In this document: positions 36,762 to 45,601 of the stretch, piece by piece
Numbering within the stretch: the stretch's first letter is position 1
Layout of the letters: each line of letters starts with the position of its first letter
Origin: Candidatus Eiseniibacteriota bacterium
GTDB taxonomy: Bacteria; Eisenbacteria; RBG-16-71-46
Reading direction: 5' to 3'
DNA: 64,000 bases
Assembly: GCA_038231135.1 (NCBI GenBank)
Contig: JBBRLX010000005.1
Location: 96,001 to 160,000 of the forward strand
Program-made: the position numbers and the translations under genes
The notes under the pieces: generated by a model
Told to the model about the DNA's origin: nothing
Database searches by the model: none
The model's input: the letters and a program-made list of their open reading frames with translations, nothing else

Positions 36762-37646
36762 TCAATCTCGCTGCCCTTGCCATGCCCCCGCAAGCAGCGC
36801 CGCACCCACGGCCCCCGCGTCGTACCCCGCCCGCGCCGCCTCGATCACGAGCCCCTGGGAGAACTCGGGGAACGTCTCGCGGATCACCGCCGCCCGCACC
36901 CGCTCGACGAACCGCTCGATTTCCGCCAGTCCTCCGCCGAGCACGACGCACCCCGGATTCACCAGGTGCACGGCATTCGCGATCGCGACGCCGAGCAGGT
37001 CGGCGGCATCGTTGAGCGCCTCGAGCGTGGCGGGCGAAGCGGTGCGAACAGCCTCGGCAAGGGTCCCCGCGCCCAGCCCCAGCCGCTGCTCCAGCGCGCG
37101 TCCCGACGCGAGCGTGCCGATGCAGCCACGGCGCCCGCAGTCGCACACCGGCCCGTCCCGCACCACAGTGGTGTGGCCGATCTCGCCCGCGAGGCCGCCC
37201 ACCCCCGGGCGGATCGCGCCGTCCATCACGATCGCACCGCCGATGCCGGTGCCGACCGACACGAACAGGAAGTCCGTGACGCCGGGCCGCGCCCGGAGTT
37301 CAGCGCGCGCGGAATTGTGCACGTCGTTGTCGAGCACGCACGGAATGCCGAACCGCTCGGTCACGAGCCGGCACGGCTCGGCGCCCCGCCAGTGCGGGAG
37401 GATCACCGACGAACGGACGGTCCCCGCGGCCGCATCCACGAGGCCCGGAAAGCCGAGGCCGACCGTGCCCACGCGACCCGGCGCCGGAACCCGCCGCAGG
37501 GACGCGTCGACCAGCTCGAGCAGCTGCTCCGGACCGAACCCGGCACCCGTGGGGGATCGAACGACGGGGCCGATGGACCCGTCGCCGCCCAGCACGCACG
37601 CGCCGGCCTTGGTGCCGCCGATGTCGATGCCGAGGACCGCGGTCAT
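36762..37646 (-). CDS. ROK family sugar/cyclitol kinase
   Basis: LGIDIGGTK, NDVH, GTGIGG, GEIGH and CDCGRRGC motifs. No HTH. ATGA-coupled to the upstream cyclase gene. Confidence 0.92.
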   Translation of the reverse strand: MTAVLGIDIGGTKAGACVLGGDGSIGPVVRSPTGAGFGPEQLLELVDASLRRVPAPGRVGTVGLGFPGLVDAAAGTVRSSVILPHWRGAEPCRLVTERFGIPCVLDNDVHNSARAELRARPGVTDFLFVSVGTGIGGAIVMDGAIRPGVGGLAGEIGHTTVVRDGPVCDCGRRGCIGTLASGRALEQRLGLGAGTLAEAVRTASPATLEALNDAADLLGVAIANAVHLVNPGCVVLGGGLAEIERFVERVRAAVIRETFPEFSQGLVIEAARAGYDAGAVGAALLAGAWQGQRD

Positions 37647-39814
37647 TCCTTCAGCAGGCATTCCGCGAGCAGGGGATGGTCCACGATGCGGTCGATCGCC
37701 GCGGCGATGTCACGATCCGGCAGGTCGGGAACGATCCGGACCTCGCCGATCGCAACCGGCAGCACGTAGTGCAGTTGATTGCCGCGCACGAGCCTGATGG
37801 CGTGGACGTGGCGGCACGCGGCGCGCATGTCCTGGATCGGGACACGCGGTGGCAGGCCATAGGCGCGCAACAGCCGCAGGATGCGGTTCGCGACCTCGGG
37901 CGGGCAGATGCCCGCGGTCTCGGCGGCCAGCGTCGCCACGACGATGCCCATGGCGACGGCCTCGCCGTGCAGCATGCCGCGATACGCCAGCATGGTCTCG
38001 AGCGGATGGCCGAACGTGTGCCCCAGGTTGAGCGGGCGGCGCAGGTCGGTCTCGAGCGGGTCGCGCGCCAGCAGTTGCACCTTGGTGCGCGCCGACCGCA
38101 GCACGATCTCCTCGAGCACCGCGGCCGGCCGCTCCTCCAGCAGCGTGCCCGCCACCGATTCGAGCAGCCGGAACAGCGCGGGCTCACCGATGATCGCCAC
38201 CTTGATCGACTCGGCGATGCCGGCCGCCACTTCGCGGGCGGGCAGCGTCGCCAGCGTGCCCGGGTCGCAGTAGACCGCCAGCGGATGGTGAAACGCGCCG
38301 ACGAAGTTCTTCGCCCAGTCCGAGTTGATCGCGGTCTTGCCGCCGATCGCGGCGTCGTGCTGGGCGAGCAGCGTGGTGGGCACGTTCACGTACGACACGC
38401 CGCGCATGTAGGACGACGCTACGAAACCGCCCAGGTCGATCACCACGCCGCCGCCGAGATTGAGCAGCACCGCGCGCCGGTCGAACCCGAGCTCGTAGAG
38501 CCGCTGCATCACCTCGCGATAGGTGTCGAAGCTCTTCGACGACTCGCCGCCGGTCACGGCCAAACCCCCGGCCGACACCCCGCAGTCTTGCAGCCGTTGC
38601 ACCAGGGATTCGCCGTACAGCTTCATCACGTTCACGTCGGTGATCACGATCACGCGCCGGTCCGGGAACTCGCGCCGCAGCGTCGCCGGCAGGTCGTCGA
38701 CGAGCCCGGTGCGCACGGTCACGGCGTACTTGTGGCTCTCCTGCACCGCCACGTGCAGCACGTCGGACACGGGGCGGGGGCGCTCCGCGGGAGTCACGGC
38801 GGGGACCAGCGTGCGGTAGTAGTCCTGGATCTCGTCCAGGCTGCGCTCCAGCTCCCACGCGGGGCGGTATCCCAATGCCGCGATGCGCGAGATGTCGGCG
38901 ACGTGCCGCTCGACGTCGCCGGGGCGCGGCGGCAGCTCGTCGAGCACGAGCGGCTTCGGCAGCGAGCGCGTCATGTACTCGAAGATCTCGTCGATCGACG
39001 TCTCGCGTCCCGAGCCCACGTTGTAGCGCGTGCCCGCCACGCCGTTCTCGGCGATGAGCCACAGCGCCCGCGCCACGTCGCGAACGTCGACGAAGTCGCG
39101 CGTGGTATGGCGGGGCCCGATCCGAAGCGGCCGGGTGCCGCCCGCGGCCCGCGCGGCGCATTGATACCCGAGCCATCCGCACACGTGGCGCTCGTCCTGG
39201 CCCGGTCCGACCACGTTGAAGATCCGCGCGATCGCGAGGTGCAGGCCGCGCCGCGCGGCGGTGATGCGCGCCACCTGCTCGGTGGCCGTCTTGCTCACGG
39301 TATAGAGATCGATCGGGGCGCCGACGGCATCGTCCGCCAGCGGCAGGTTCAAGCCCGGCGCGATGGCGCCGATGATGCCCGACGAGCCGAGCACCACGCG
39401 CGCCGCGGGGACGATGCCGGCGATGGCCTCGAGCAGATTCTCGGTTCCGATCACGTTCGAGCGGAACAGATGGTCGGCGGGCTCGTCGCGCAGCGCCCCC
39501 GCGAGGTGGACGACGATCGCGGGAGCATGGCGCCGCAGGACTTCCTCGAGTCCTTCACGATCCTGGAGGTGCACCGCGCGATACTGGTAACGCCCGTCGC
39601 GGGCCGCGGCGGCGAGCGGCGGCGTGAGCGGCGCGGGCACCGACTCCTCGCCGACCGTCACGGTGTGGGTGAAGCGTCCGGCGTTGGCCGAGGACCGCCC
39701 GAGCCCGACGATCACGTCGGCGGGGGAGGCTTCCAGCCAGTGCTGAACGAGGTATCGCCCGATGAATCCCTGTGCTCCGGTGATCAGGATCGTGCGCGAC
39801 ATGAGGGGCCTCAT
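37643..39814 (-). CDS. Fusion of an NAD-dependent epimerase/reductase (extended SDR) and a sugar-phosphate cyclase (DHQS superfamily)
   Basis: SDR part: ITGAQGFIG, YTVSK, FNVVGPGQ, RDFVDVRD. Cyclase part: GESSK, GGGVVID, RG..YVNVPTT, KNFVGAF, LNLGHTFGH, HGEAV. Start 39814 or 39802. Confidence 0.9.
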   Translation of the reverse strand: MRPLMSRTILITGAQGFIGRYLVQHWLEASPADVIVGLGRSSANAGRFTHTVTVGEESVPAPLTPPLAAAARDGRYQYRAVHLQDREGLEEVLRRHAPAIVVHLAGALRDEPADHLFRSNVIGTENLLEAIAGIVPAARVVLGSSGIIGAIAPGLNLPLADDAVGAPIDLYTVSKTATEQVARITAARRGLHLAIARIFNVVGPGQDERHVCGWLGYQCAARAAGGTRPLRIGPRHTTRDFVDVRDVARALWLIAENGVAGTRYNVGSGRETSIDEIFEYMTRSLPKPLVLDELPPRPGDVERHVADISRIAALGYRPAWELERSLDEIQDYYRTLVPAVTPAERPRPVSDVLHVAVQESHKYAVTVRTGLVDDLPATLRREFPDRRVIVITDVNVMKLYGESLVQRLQDCGVSAGGLAVTGGESSKSFDTYREVMQRLYELGFDRRAVLLNLGGGVVIDLGGFVASSYMRGVSYVNVPTTLLAQHDAAIGGKTAINSDWAKNFVGAFHHPLAVYCDPGTLATLPAREVAAGIAESIKVAIIGEPALFRLLESVAGTLLEERPAAVLEEIVLRSARTKVQLLARDPLETDLRRPLNLGHTFGHPLETMLAYRGMLHGEAVAMGIVVATLAAETAGICPPEVANRILRLLRAYGLPPRVPIQDMRAACRHVHAIRLVRGNQLHYVLPVAIGEVRIVPDLPDRDIAAAIDRIVDHPLLAECLLKE

Positions 39815-40039
39815 GATGGAACGACGTGGGTTTCGCACAGTATGCGCCCGGATGTGGGCGGGGGACAGATGCTTGTGATGCCCGGCATCGCGGACTCCCG
39901 TGGTACACCGCTTCACGGCCACCCCGGGGTTCGCCCCCGCGGGTGTTCGCTGTGGTTGACGATTTCGGCCGGCGTTCCCTAGGTTTTCGGTTGCTTGAGC
40001 AATTTCCCCGCCGAAGGCCGCCCGTTCCCCGGAGATATC

Positions 40040-42241
40040 ATGCGCACCGACGACCTGCTGCGTTTCACCTGGCTCGCCGATCCCCAGATTTCGCCGGATG
40101 GCCGCCGGATCGCGTTCACACACGTGACCGTCGATCGCGAGGACGACTCGTACCGCACCGCGATCTGGATCACGGAACTCGATGCGAAGGGCGCCCCCCA
40201 GGGCGAGCCGCGCCCGCTCACCTCGGGTCCGCGCGACTCGCAGCCGCGCTGGGCGCCCGATGCCCAGTGGCTGGTGTTCGTGCGAGCGGCCGTGGCCGGC
40301 AAGCCCGGCCAGCTCCACCTGCTGCCGATGAGCGGGGGCGAGGCCGAGCCGCTCACGAATCTCGAGAAGGGCGCCGCGTCGCCCGCGTGGTCGCCGGATG
40401 GCCGGCGGCTCGCGTTCCTGAGCACGACAAACCCGGCGCTCGACCGGCCCGAACCGAAGCAGCCGAAGAACGAGCCGGCGCGCGTCGTCACGCGGCCGAT
40501 GTTCCGCTGGAACAACGAAGGGTTCACCGAGTTCGACCACCTGAGTCACATCTGGGTGCTCGACGTCGCCACCGCGCGGGATGCGGCACGCGCTCGGCTC
40601 CGCGCGGGCAGCGCGCCGGATTCCGGCGCCGGCCCGGGGTCGGCCGGGGCACCCGGCGGTGTCGCCGAGGAGATCGCCGGAGGCGCAACAGCTGGCGCGG
40701 CCGGGCCCGTCTCACCCGCCGAAGACGGCCCCGGAACGCCCCGCATGCTCACCCGGGGAGAGTATGCCGAGGGACCGCCGCAGTGGTCGCGCGACGGCCG
40801 GTGGATCCTGTTCGTCTCGGACCGCCGCGCAGAGCCGTGGTTCGGCGAGGAGGACTCGGACGTGTTCGCCGTATCCCCCGAACTCGCGGCGCCGGTCGAT
40901 GGCGAGGGCATGACCGTCGTGGCCGACATCACGGGCCCGATCGTCACGTTCGCGGAGGGTCCGAATGGCCGGCTGGCGGCGATCGGCGGGCTCCGGGAGG
41001 GGCCGGTGCGCTCCTATCAGCAGAGCAAGCTGCTGCGCTTCGACGGGCCGTGGCCGAGCACCCGCGCGCACGTGTTGACGGCAGGCTACGATTTCGACTT
41101 CGGCAGCGACGACATCTCGTCGGATCAGCATCCGCCGCGCGGCGGCGGCCAGAAGCCGCTCGCGTTCTCGGCCGACGGGCGGTTCATCTTCGGCGTCGCG
41201 TGCCGGCAGGGCGCGGCCCGGCTGGCGCGCGTCGACGCCGCGAGCGGCGCGGTCGAGGAGCTGACCGACGCCGCGCACGAGGTGATCTCGGGCAGCGCCA
41301 CCCCCGACGCCACGCGGTTCGCGCTTGCGCTGGGCGACGTGACGCGGCCGGCCGATCTGTGCGTCTACGACGTCGGACGCGCCCAGCTCGTCACCGTGTG
41401 GTCGCCGAACCGTGAGCTGCTCGAGGAACGGGGGCTGGGCCCGGTCGAGGAGTTCTGGTGCGCGTCGTTCGACGGCACGAAGATCCAGGGCTGGATCGTC
41501 AAGCCGCGCGACTTCGATCCGTCGCGGAAGTATCCGCTGATCCTCCAGATCCACGGCGGGCCCCATGTTGCGTACGGCGTGGGGTTCCTTCACGAATTTC
41601 GCACGCTCGCCGACGGCGGCTACGTCGTGCTGTATACGAATCCGCGCGGCAGCACGACCTACGGCCAGGAGTTCGGCAATATCATCCAGTACAAGTATCC
41701 GGGAGACGACTACAAGGATCTGATGGCGGCGGTCGACCACGTGATCGGGCTCGGGTACGTCGACGAATCGCGCATGGGCGTCACCGGCGGCAGCGGGGGT
41801 GGGCTGCTGACGAACTGGGTGATCGCGCAGACGCACCGGTTCAAGGCCGCGATCACGCAGCGCTGCGTCTCGGACTGGGCCTCGATGTGGTACAGCGCCG
41901 ACTTCGCGATGTTCACGCCGTCCTGGTTCCGCAAGTCCCCGGTCGAGGATCCCGGGGAATACCAGGAGCGTTCGCCGTTCTACCTGGCGCGGCAGATCCG
42001 CACGCCGCTGATGGTGATCCACAGCGAGGAGGACTGGCGCACGCCGATCGCCCAGGGTGAGGCGATGTTCCGCGCGCTCAAGCTGGAGCGGAAACCGACC
42101 GTCATGGTGCGGTTCCCGGGTGAGAACCATGAGTTGTCGCGCAGCGGCGCGCCGTCGCGGCGGGTGCAGAACCAGGAGCACATCCGCCGCTGGTTCGACC
42201 ACTGGCTGATGGGGATCGACGCGCCCGAATACCACGTGTGA
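40040..42241 (+). CDS. S9 family (acylaminoacyl/dipeptidyl) peptidase
   Basis: GGAG RBS. N-terminal SPDG propeller repeats, IHGGPH, NPRGS, and catalytic triad motifs GGSGGG (Ser), EEDWR (Asp), ENHEL (His). Confidence 0.93.
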   Translation: MRTDDLLRFTWLADPQISPDGRRIAFTHVTVDREDDSYRTAIWITELDAKGAPQGEPRPLTSGPRDSQPRWAPDAQWLVFVRAAVAGKPGQLHLLPMSGGEAEPLTNLEKGAASPAWSPDGRRLAFLSTTNPALDRPEPKQPKNEPARVVTRPMFRWNNEGFTEFDHLSHIWVLDVATARDAARARLRAGSAPDSGAGPGSAGAPGGVAEEIAGGATAGAAGPVSPAEDGPGTPRMLTRGEYAEGPPQWSRDGRWILFVSDRRAEPWFGEEDSDVFAVSPELAAPVDGEGMTVVADITGPIVTFAEGPNGRLAAIGGLREGPVRSYQQSKLLRFDGPWPSTRAHVLTAGYDFDFGSDDISSDQHPPRGGGQKPLAFSADGRFIFGVACRQGAARLARVDAASGAVEELTDAAHEVISGSATPDATRFALALGDVTRPADLCVYDVGRAQLVTVWSPNRELLEERGLGPVEEFWCASFDGTKIQGWIVKPRDFDPSRKYPLILQIHGGPHVAYGVGFLHEFRTLADGGYVVLYTNPRGSTTYGQEFGNIIQYKYPGDDYKDLMAAVDHVIGLGYVDESRMGVTGGSGGGLLTNWVIAQTHRFKAAITQRCVSDWASMWYSADFAMFTPSWFRKSPVEDPGEYQERSPFYLARQIRTPLMVIHSEEDWRTPIAQGEAMFRALKLERKPTVMVRFPGENHELSRSGAPSRRVQNQEHIRRWFDHWLMGIDAPEYHV

Positions 42242-42298
42242 CCGAACGCGCGGCCGCGGCACTCACGCCGGCCGCCGGGGCTGCCGGGACAACCGTCC

Positions 42299-42342
42299 AA
42301 AAACACCCGCCCGCGCGTGGCCGAACTCTCCACGCGCGGGCG
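42299..42342 (-). terminator. Intrinsic terminator between the convergent peptidase and OmpA genes
   Basis: 13-bp stem CGCCCGCGCGTGG/CCACGCGCGGGCG with a 9-nt loop, followed on the minus strand by GGTGTTTTT. Confidence 0.7.
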
Positions 42343-42361
42343 TCGTCGTTTCGCGTTCCGC

Positions 42362-43858
42362 TTACGGCTTGAGCAGCTTGCGCCGCTCGACTTCCTTGCG
42401 CAGCACTTCCTTGTTCTGGACCACGAACTCGACCCGGCGGTTCTTCGCCATGTTGAGCGTGCCGGTGTTCGGCACCAGCGGCTTCGATTCGCCGTAGCCG
42501 CGCACCGTGAACTGATCCGCCTTGAGTGCCGGGAACTTCTGCAGCAGATACTGCTGCACCGCGTTCGCGCGCGCCTCGCTCAGGTGCTGGTTGTAGGCGT
42601 TCGAGCCGCGGGAGTCGGTGTGGCCGCCGATCTCGATCTTGAGCTCCGGCCACTTGCCGAGCACCTGTCCCACCACGTCCAGCACCGGGAACGATTCCGG
42701 CAGGATCGTGGCCTTCGCGGTCTCGAAATTCACGTTCTGGAGCCGGATCATGCCGGTGTCGAGCAGTTCGGTCTCCTTCTCCGTCACCTCGATCGGGCAG
42801 CCGTCCTTGTCCACCCGCACGCCCGACGGCGTGTCGGCGCACTTGTCGAGGCCGTCCGGAACGCCGTCACCGTCCGAGTCCCTGGGGCAGCCGGTGGCGT
42901 CGACAACCGCGCCCTTCGGGGTGTCGGGGCACTGGTCGATGCCGTCGAACACGCCGTCCCCGTCGGCATCGGTGGGGCAGCCGGTGGCGTCGACTTTGGC
43001 GCCCTTCGGGGTGTCGGGGCACGCGTCGATGCCGTCGAACACGCCGTCGCCGTCGGAATCGAGCGGGCAGCCCCTGGCGTCGACCTTGGCACCCTTGGGG
43101 GTGTTGGGGCAGGTGTCGATCCCGTCGAACACGCCGTCGCCGTCGGCGTCCGTGGGGCAGCCCCTCGCGTCGACTCTGGCGCCGGCGGGGGTGTTCGGGC
43201 ACGCGTCGCGCTTGTCGGGCACGCCGTCGCCGTCCGTGTCCTTGAGCTTGCCGCCGATCGCCCACGTGAGGCCGCCGAGGACCAGTGCGTAGTTGTCCTT
43301 CGACGCCGCCGGGCGCCGCGACACGATCAGGATGTTGCGTGCCTCGGCCTTGATCGCGAGATGCTCCGTGAGCCACAGGTGGAGGCCGGCGCCGGCATCC
43401 AGCGAGCCGAAGTGCCGCCGCCCGAAGGGTAGTGCGAATCGCTCGTACCCGCCGCCCGCGAGGCCGTAGAGGTCCCAGCCGGAGCCGCGCAGCGGGCTCA
43501 CGAGCAGGTCCCCGTGGGCGTGGTAGAAGTTCACCTTCGCGCCGTTCGGCACGTTCACCTCGGTCGAGGTGTAGCCGCCGCCGACCTGCATGCCCACCAC
43601 GCGATTCCATTGCCAGCCGAGGCTGCCGCCATAGTGCGCGGCGTCCTTGGCGCGCATGCGGCCCTGGCGCAGCGTCGCGAACGGATCGATGAAGAACGCG
43701 TAGCCCGCGTAGGGCGAAATCTGGAGCGTCGAGCCTTCGGGCGCGGTGGCCGCACTCGCGGGCGCCGCCGCGTGGAACGCAGCGAGCGTCGCCAGCCCCG
43801 CGAACAAGCCCGCGAAGGGTACGCCGCACAGCCCGGTCTTCCGTGGGAATCGAATCAT
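42362..43858 (-). CDS. OmpA family outer membrane protein with beta-barrel, five thrombospondin type 3 repeats and a peptidoglycan-binding domain
   Basis: GGAGG RBS, signal peptide, five DxDGDGVxDxxDxCP repeats, and GHTD, LSEARA, GYGE, NRRVEF motifs. Confidence 0.93.
   Translation of the reverse strand: MIRFPRKTGLCGVPFAGLFAGLATLAAFHAAAPASAATAPEGSTLQISPYAGYAFFIDPFATLRQGRMRAKDAAHYGGSLGWQWNRVVGMQVGGGYTSTEVNVPNGAKVNFYHAHGDLLVSPLRGSGWDLYGLAGGGYERFALPFGRRHFGSLDAGAGLHLWLTEHLAIKAEARNILIVSRRPAASKDNYALVLGGLTWAIGGKLKDTDGDGVPDKRDACPNTPAGARVDARGCPTDADGDGVFDGIDTCPNTPKGAKVDARGCPLDSDGDGVFDGIDACPDTPKGAKVDATGCPTDADGDGVFDGIDQCPDTPKGAVVDATGCPRDSDGDGVPDGLDKCADTPSGVRVDKDGCPIEVTEKETELLDTGMIRLQNVNFETAKATILPESFPVLDVVGQVLGKWPELKIEIGGHTDSRGSNAYNQHLSEARANAVQQYLLQKFPALKADQFTVRGYGESKPLVPNTGTLNMAKNRRVEFVVQNKEVLRKEVERRKLLKP
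42794..43243 (-). repeat. Five 90-bp coding tandem repeats (TSP3-like)
   Basis: 30-aa unit xDxDGDGVFDGIDxCPxTPKGAxVDAxGCP. Confidence 0.85.
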
Positions 43859-44062
43859 GATACCTCCGTGTATCCCGGGGGAGCAGAACCGGCGTGGCAC
43901 CGGTATGCTGCATGTGAGCGAAGGTGGTGGGTCGCTCTGCTCCCCGAATGCGCGAATCCCGTGAGCCTCGCTCAGGAATCCGGGTAGGCCGGTATCCTAA
44001 CACTCACACCAGCGCGGCAGTATAGCGGACAACTGCGGGCGGCCGGGTTCGGCAGCCCGGCG

Positions 44063-45601
44063 TCACCTGCCGTACAGGGCGGCCAGGCCGGCGAGACGGC
44101 GCGCCAGCGGCTCCGTCGCCACCTCCGCCCGGAACCGCCAGCCCCAGTTGCCTTCGACCCGGCCCGGCAAGTTCATGCGGGCCCGCGAGTCCAGGTCGAG
44201 CACATCCTGGAACGGCACGATCGCCGTGTCCGCCACCGATGCGAACGCGAGCCGGATCATGTCCCAGGCGATGTCGGCGCCGCTGGTGCCCAGATAGCGC
44301 CGGGCGTGGTCCCGCTCGGCATCGGTGGCCGAGCGTTCGTACCAGCCGCGCGTGGTGTCGTTGTCGTGCGTCCCGGTATAGACCACGCAGTTGCGCGGAT
44401 GATTGTGGGGCAGGAACGGCTGCGTGGCCGGTCCGCCGAATGCGAACTGCAGCACCTTCATGCCCGGAAACCCGAACGCATCGCGCAGTTCGAGCACCTC
44501 GGGGCTGATGTCGCCGAGGTCCTCGGCGATGATCGGCAGCGCGCCCAGTGCCGCGCGCAGCGCGTGGAACAACTCGCGGCCCGGCGCCTTGACCCAGCGT
44601 CCGTGCTCGGCGGTCGCGTCTCCGGCGGGGATCTCCCAGTACGCCTCGAATCCGCGGAAGTGGTCGAGCCGCACGACGTCCACCATGCCGAGCACGGCGC
44701 GCAACCGGTCGATCCACCACGCGAACCCGGTGGACTCGATGGCACTCCAGCGATACAGCGGGTTGCCCCACAGCTGGCCGGTGCTGCTGAAATAGTCCGG
44801 CGGCACTCCCGCCACCGCCGTCGGTCGGCCATGCGTGTCGAGCTCGAACAGCCCGGAATGCGCCCACACGTCGGCGCTGTCGTATGCGACGAAGATCGGC
44901 GCGTCGCCGACGATGCGGATGCCGGCGGCGCGGGCGTGATCGCGCAGCGCCTGCCACTGGCGGAAGAACAGGAACTGCCGGAACTCGTGGGACTCGATGG
45001 CGTGGGCGTGCGCCGCGCGCGCCGCCGCCAGCGCCTCGGGGCGCCGCAGCGCGACCGGCTCGTCCCACTCGATCCACCTAGTCCCGGCCGCGTCCTTGAG
45101 CGCCATGAACAGCGCGAAGTCCAAGAGCCAGCGGGACTCGCGGGCGCGGAACGCCTCGAACGCGTCCGCGAGGCCGCCGCGGTGGCCGCGGAAGTTCTCG
45201 AACGCGCGGTCGAGCACGCGCAGCTTCCAGTCGATGACGGGCCCGAAGTCGACGCGGTCGGCCGGGAACGCCGGCGTGCGTTCGAGGTCGGTGGCGGTGA
45301 GCAGCCCGTCTTCGACCAGTGCTTCCGGACTCACCCAGTATGGATTGCCGGCGAATGCCGAGAACGATTGATACGGTGAGTCGCCGTAGCCCGTCGGTCC
45401 GAGCGGCAGCAGTTGCCACGACTTCATGCCGGAGCGCCCGAGGAACTCGACCCAGCGGTGCGCGGCGGGCCCGAGGTCGCCGATTCCGAACCGCCCCGGC
45501 AGCGAGGTCGGGTGGAGCAGGATCCCGGCGGTGCGCCCGGCGCCCGGCGTGCCCGCGGCCGCCGCGTCCCCGCCGGCGCGTCCGGGCCCGATCGAGCTCA
45601 C
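44063..45601 (-). CDS. malQ: 4-alpha-glucanotransferase (GH77)
   Basis: GILLHPTSLPG, WQLLPL, SPY, GVPPDYFS, WGNP, RLDHFRG, AEDLG and YTGTHDN motifs. Confidence 0.96.
   Translation of the reverse strand: MSSIGPGRAGGDAAAAGTPGAGRTAGILLHPTSLPGRFGIGDLGPAAHRWVEFLGRSGMKSWQLLPLGPTGYGDSPYQSFSAFAGNPYWVSPEALVEDGLLTATDLERTPAFPADRVDFGPVIDWKLRVLDRAFENFRGHRGGLADAFEAFRARESRWLLDFALFMALKDAAGTRWIEWDEPVALRRPEALAAARAAHAHAIESHEFRQFLFFRQWQALRDHARAAGIRIVGDAPIFVAYDSADVWAHSGLFELDTHGRPTAVAGVPPDYFSSTGQLWGNPLYRWSAIESTGFAWWIDRLRAVLGMVDVVRLDHFRGFEAYWEIPAGDATAEHGRWVKAPGRELFHALRAALGALPIIAEDLGDISPEVLELRDAFGFPGMKVLQFAFGGPATQPFLPHNHPRNCVVYTGTHDNDTTRGWYERSATDAERDHARRYLGTSGADIAWDMIRLAFASVADTAIVPFQDVLDLDSRARMNLPGRVEGNWGWRFRAEVATEPLARRLAGLAALYGR

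Noticed and set aside
37643..38745. Housekeeping aroB
   Set aside because: It is fused to an SDR, lacks DKK, is coupled to a ROK kinase and has no aro neighbours. Kept as an unassigned sugar-phosphate cyclase, though DHQS activity is not excluded.
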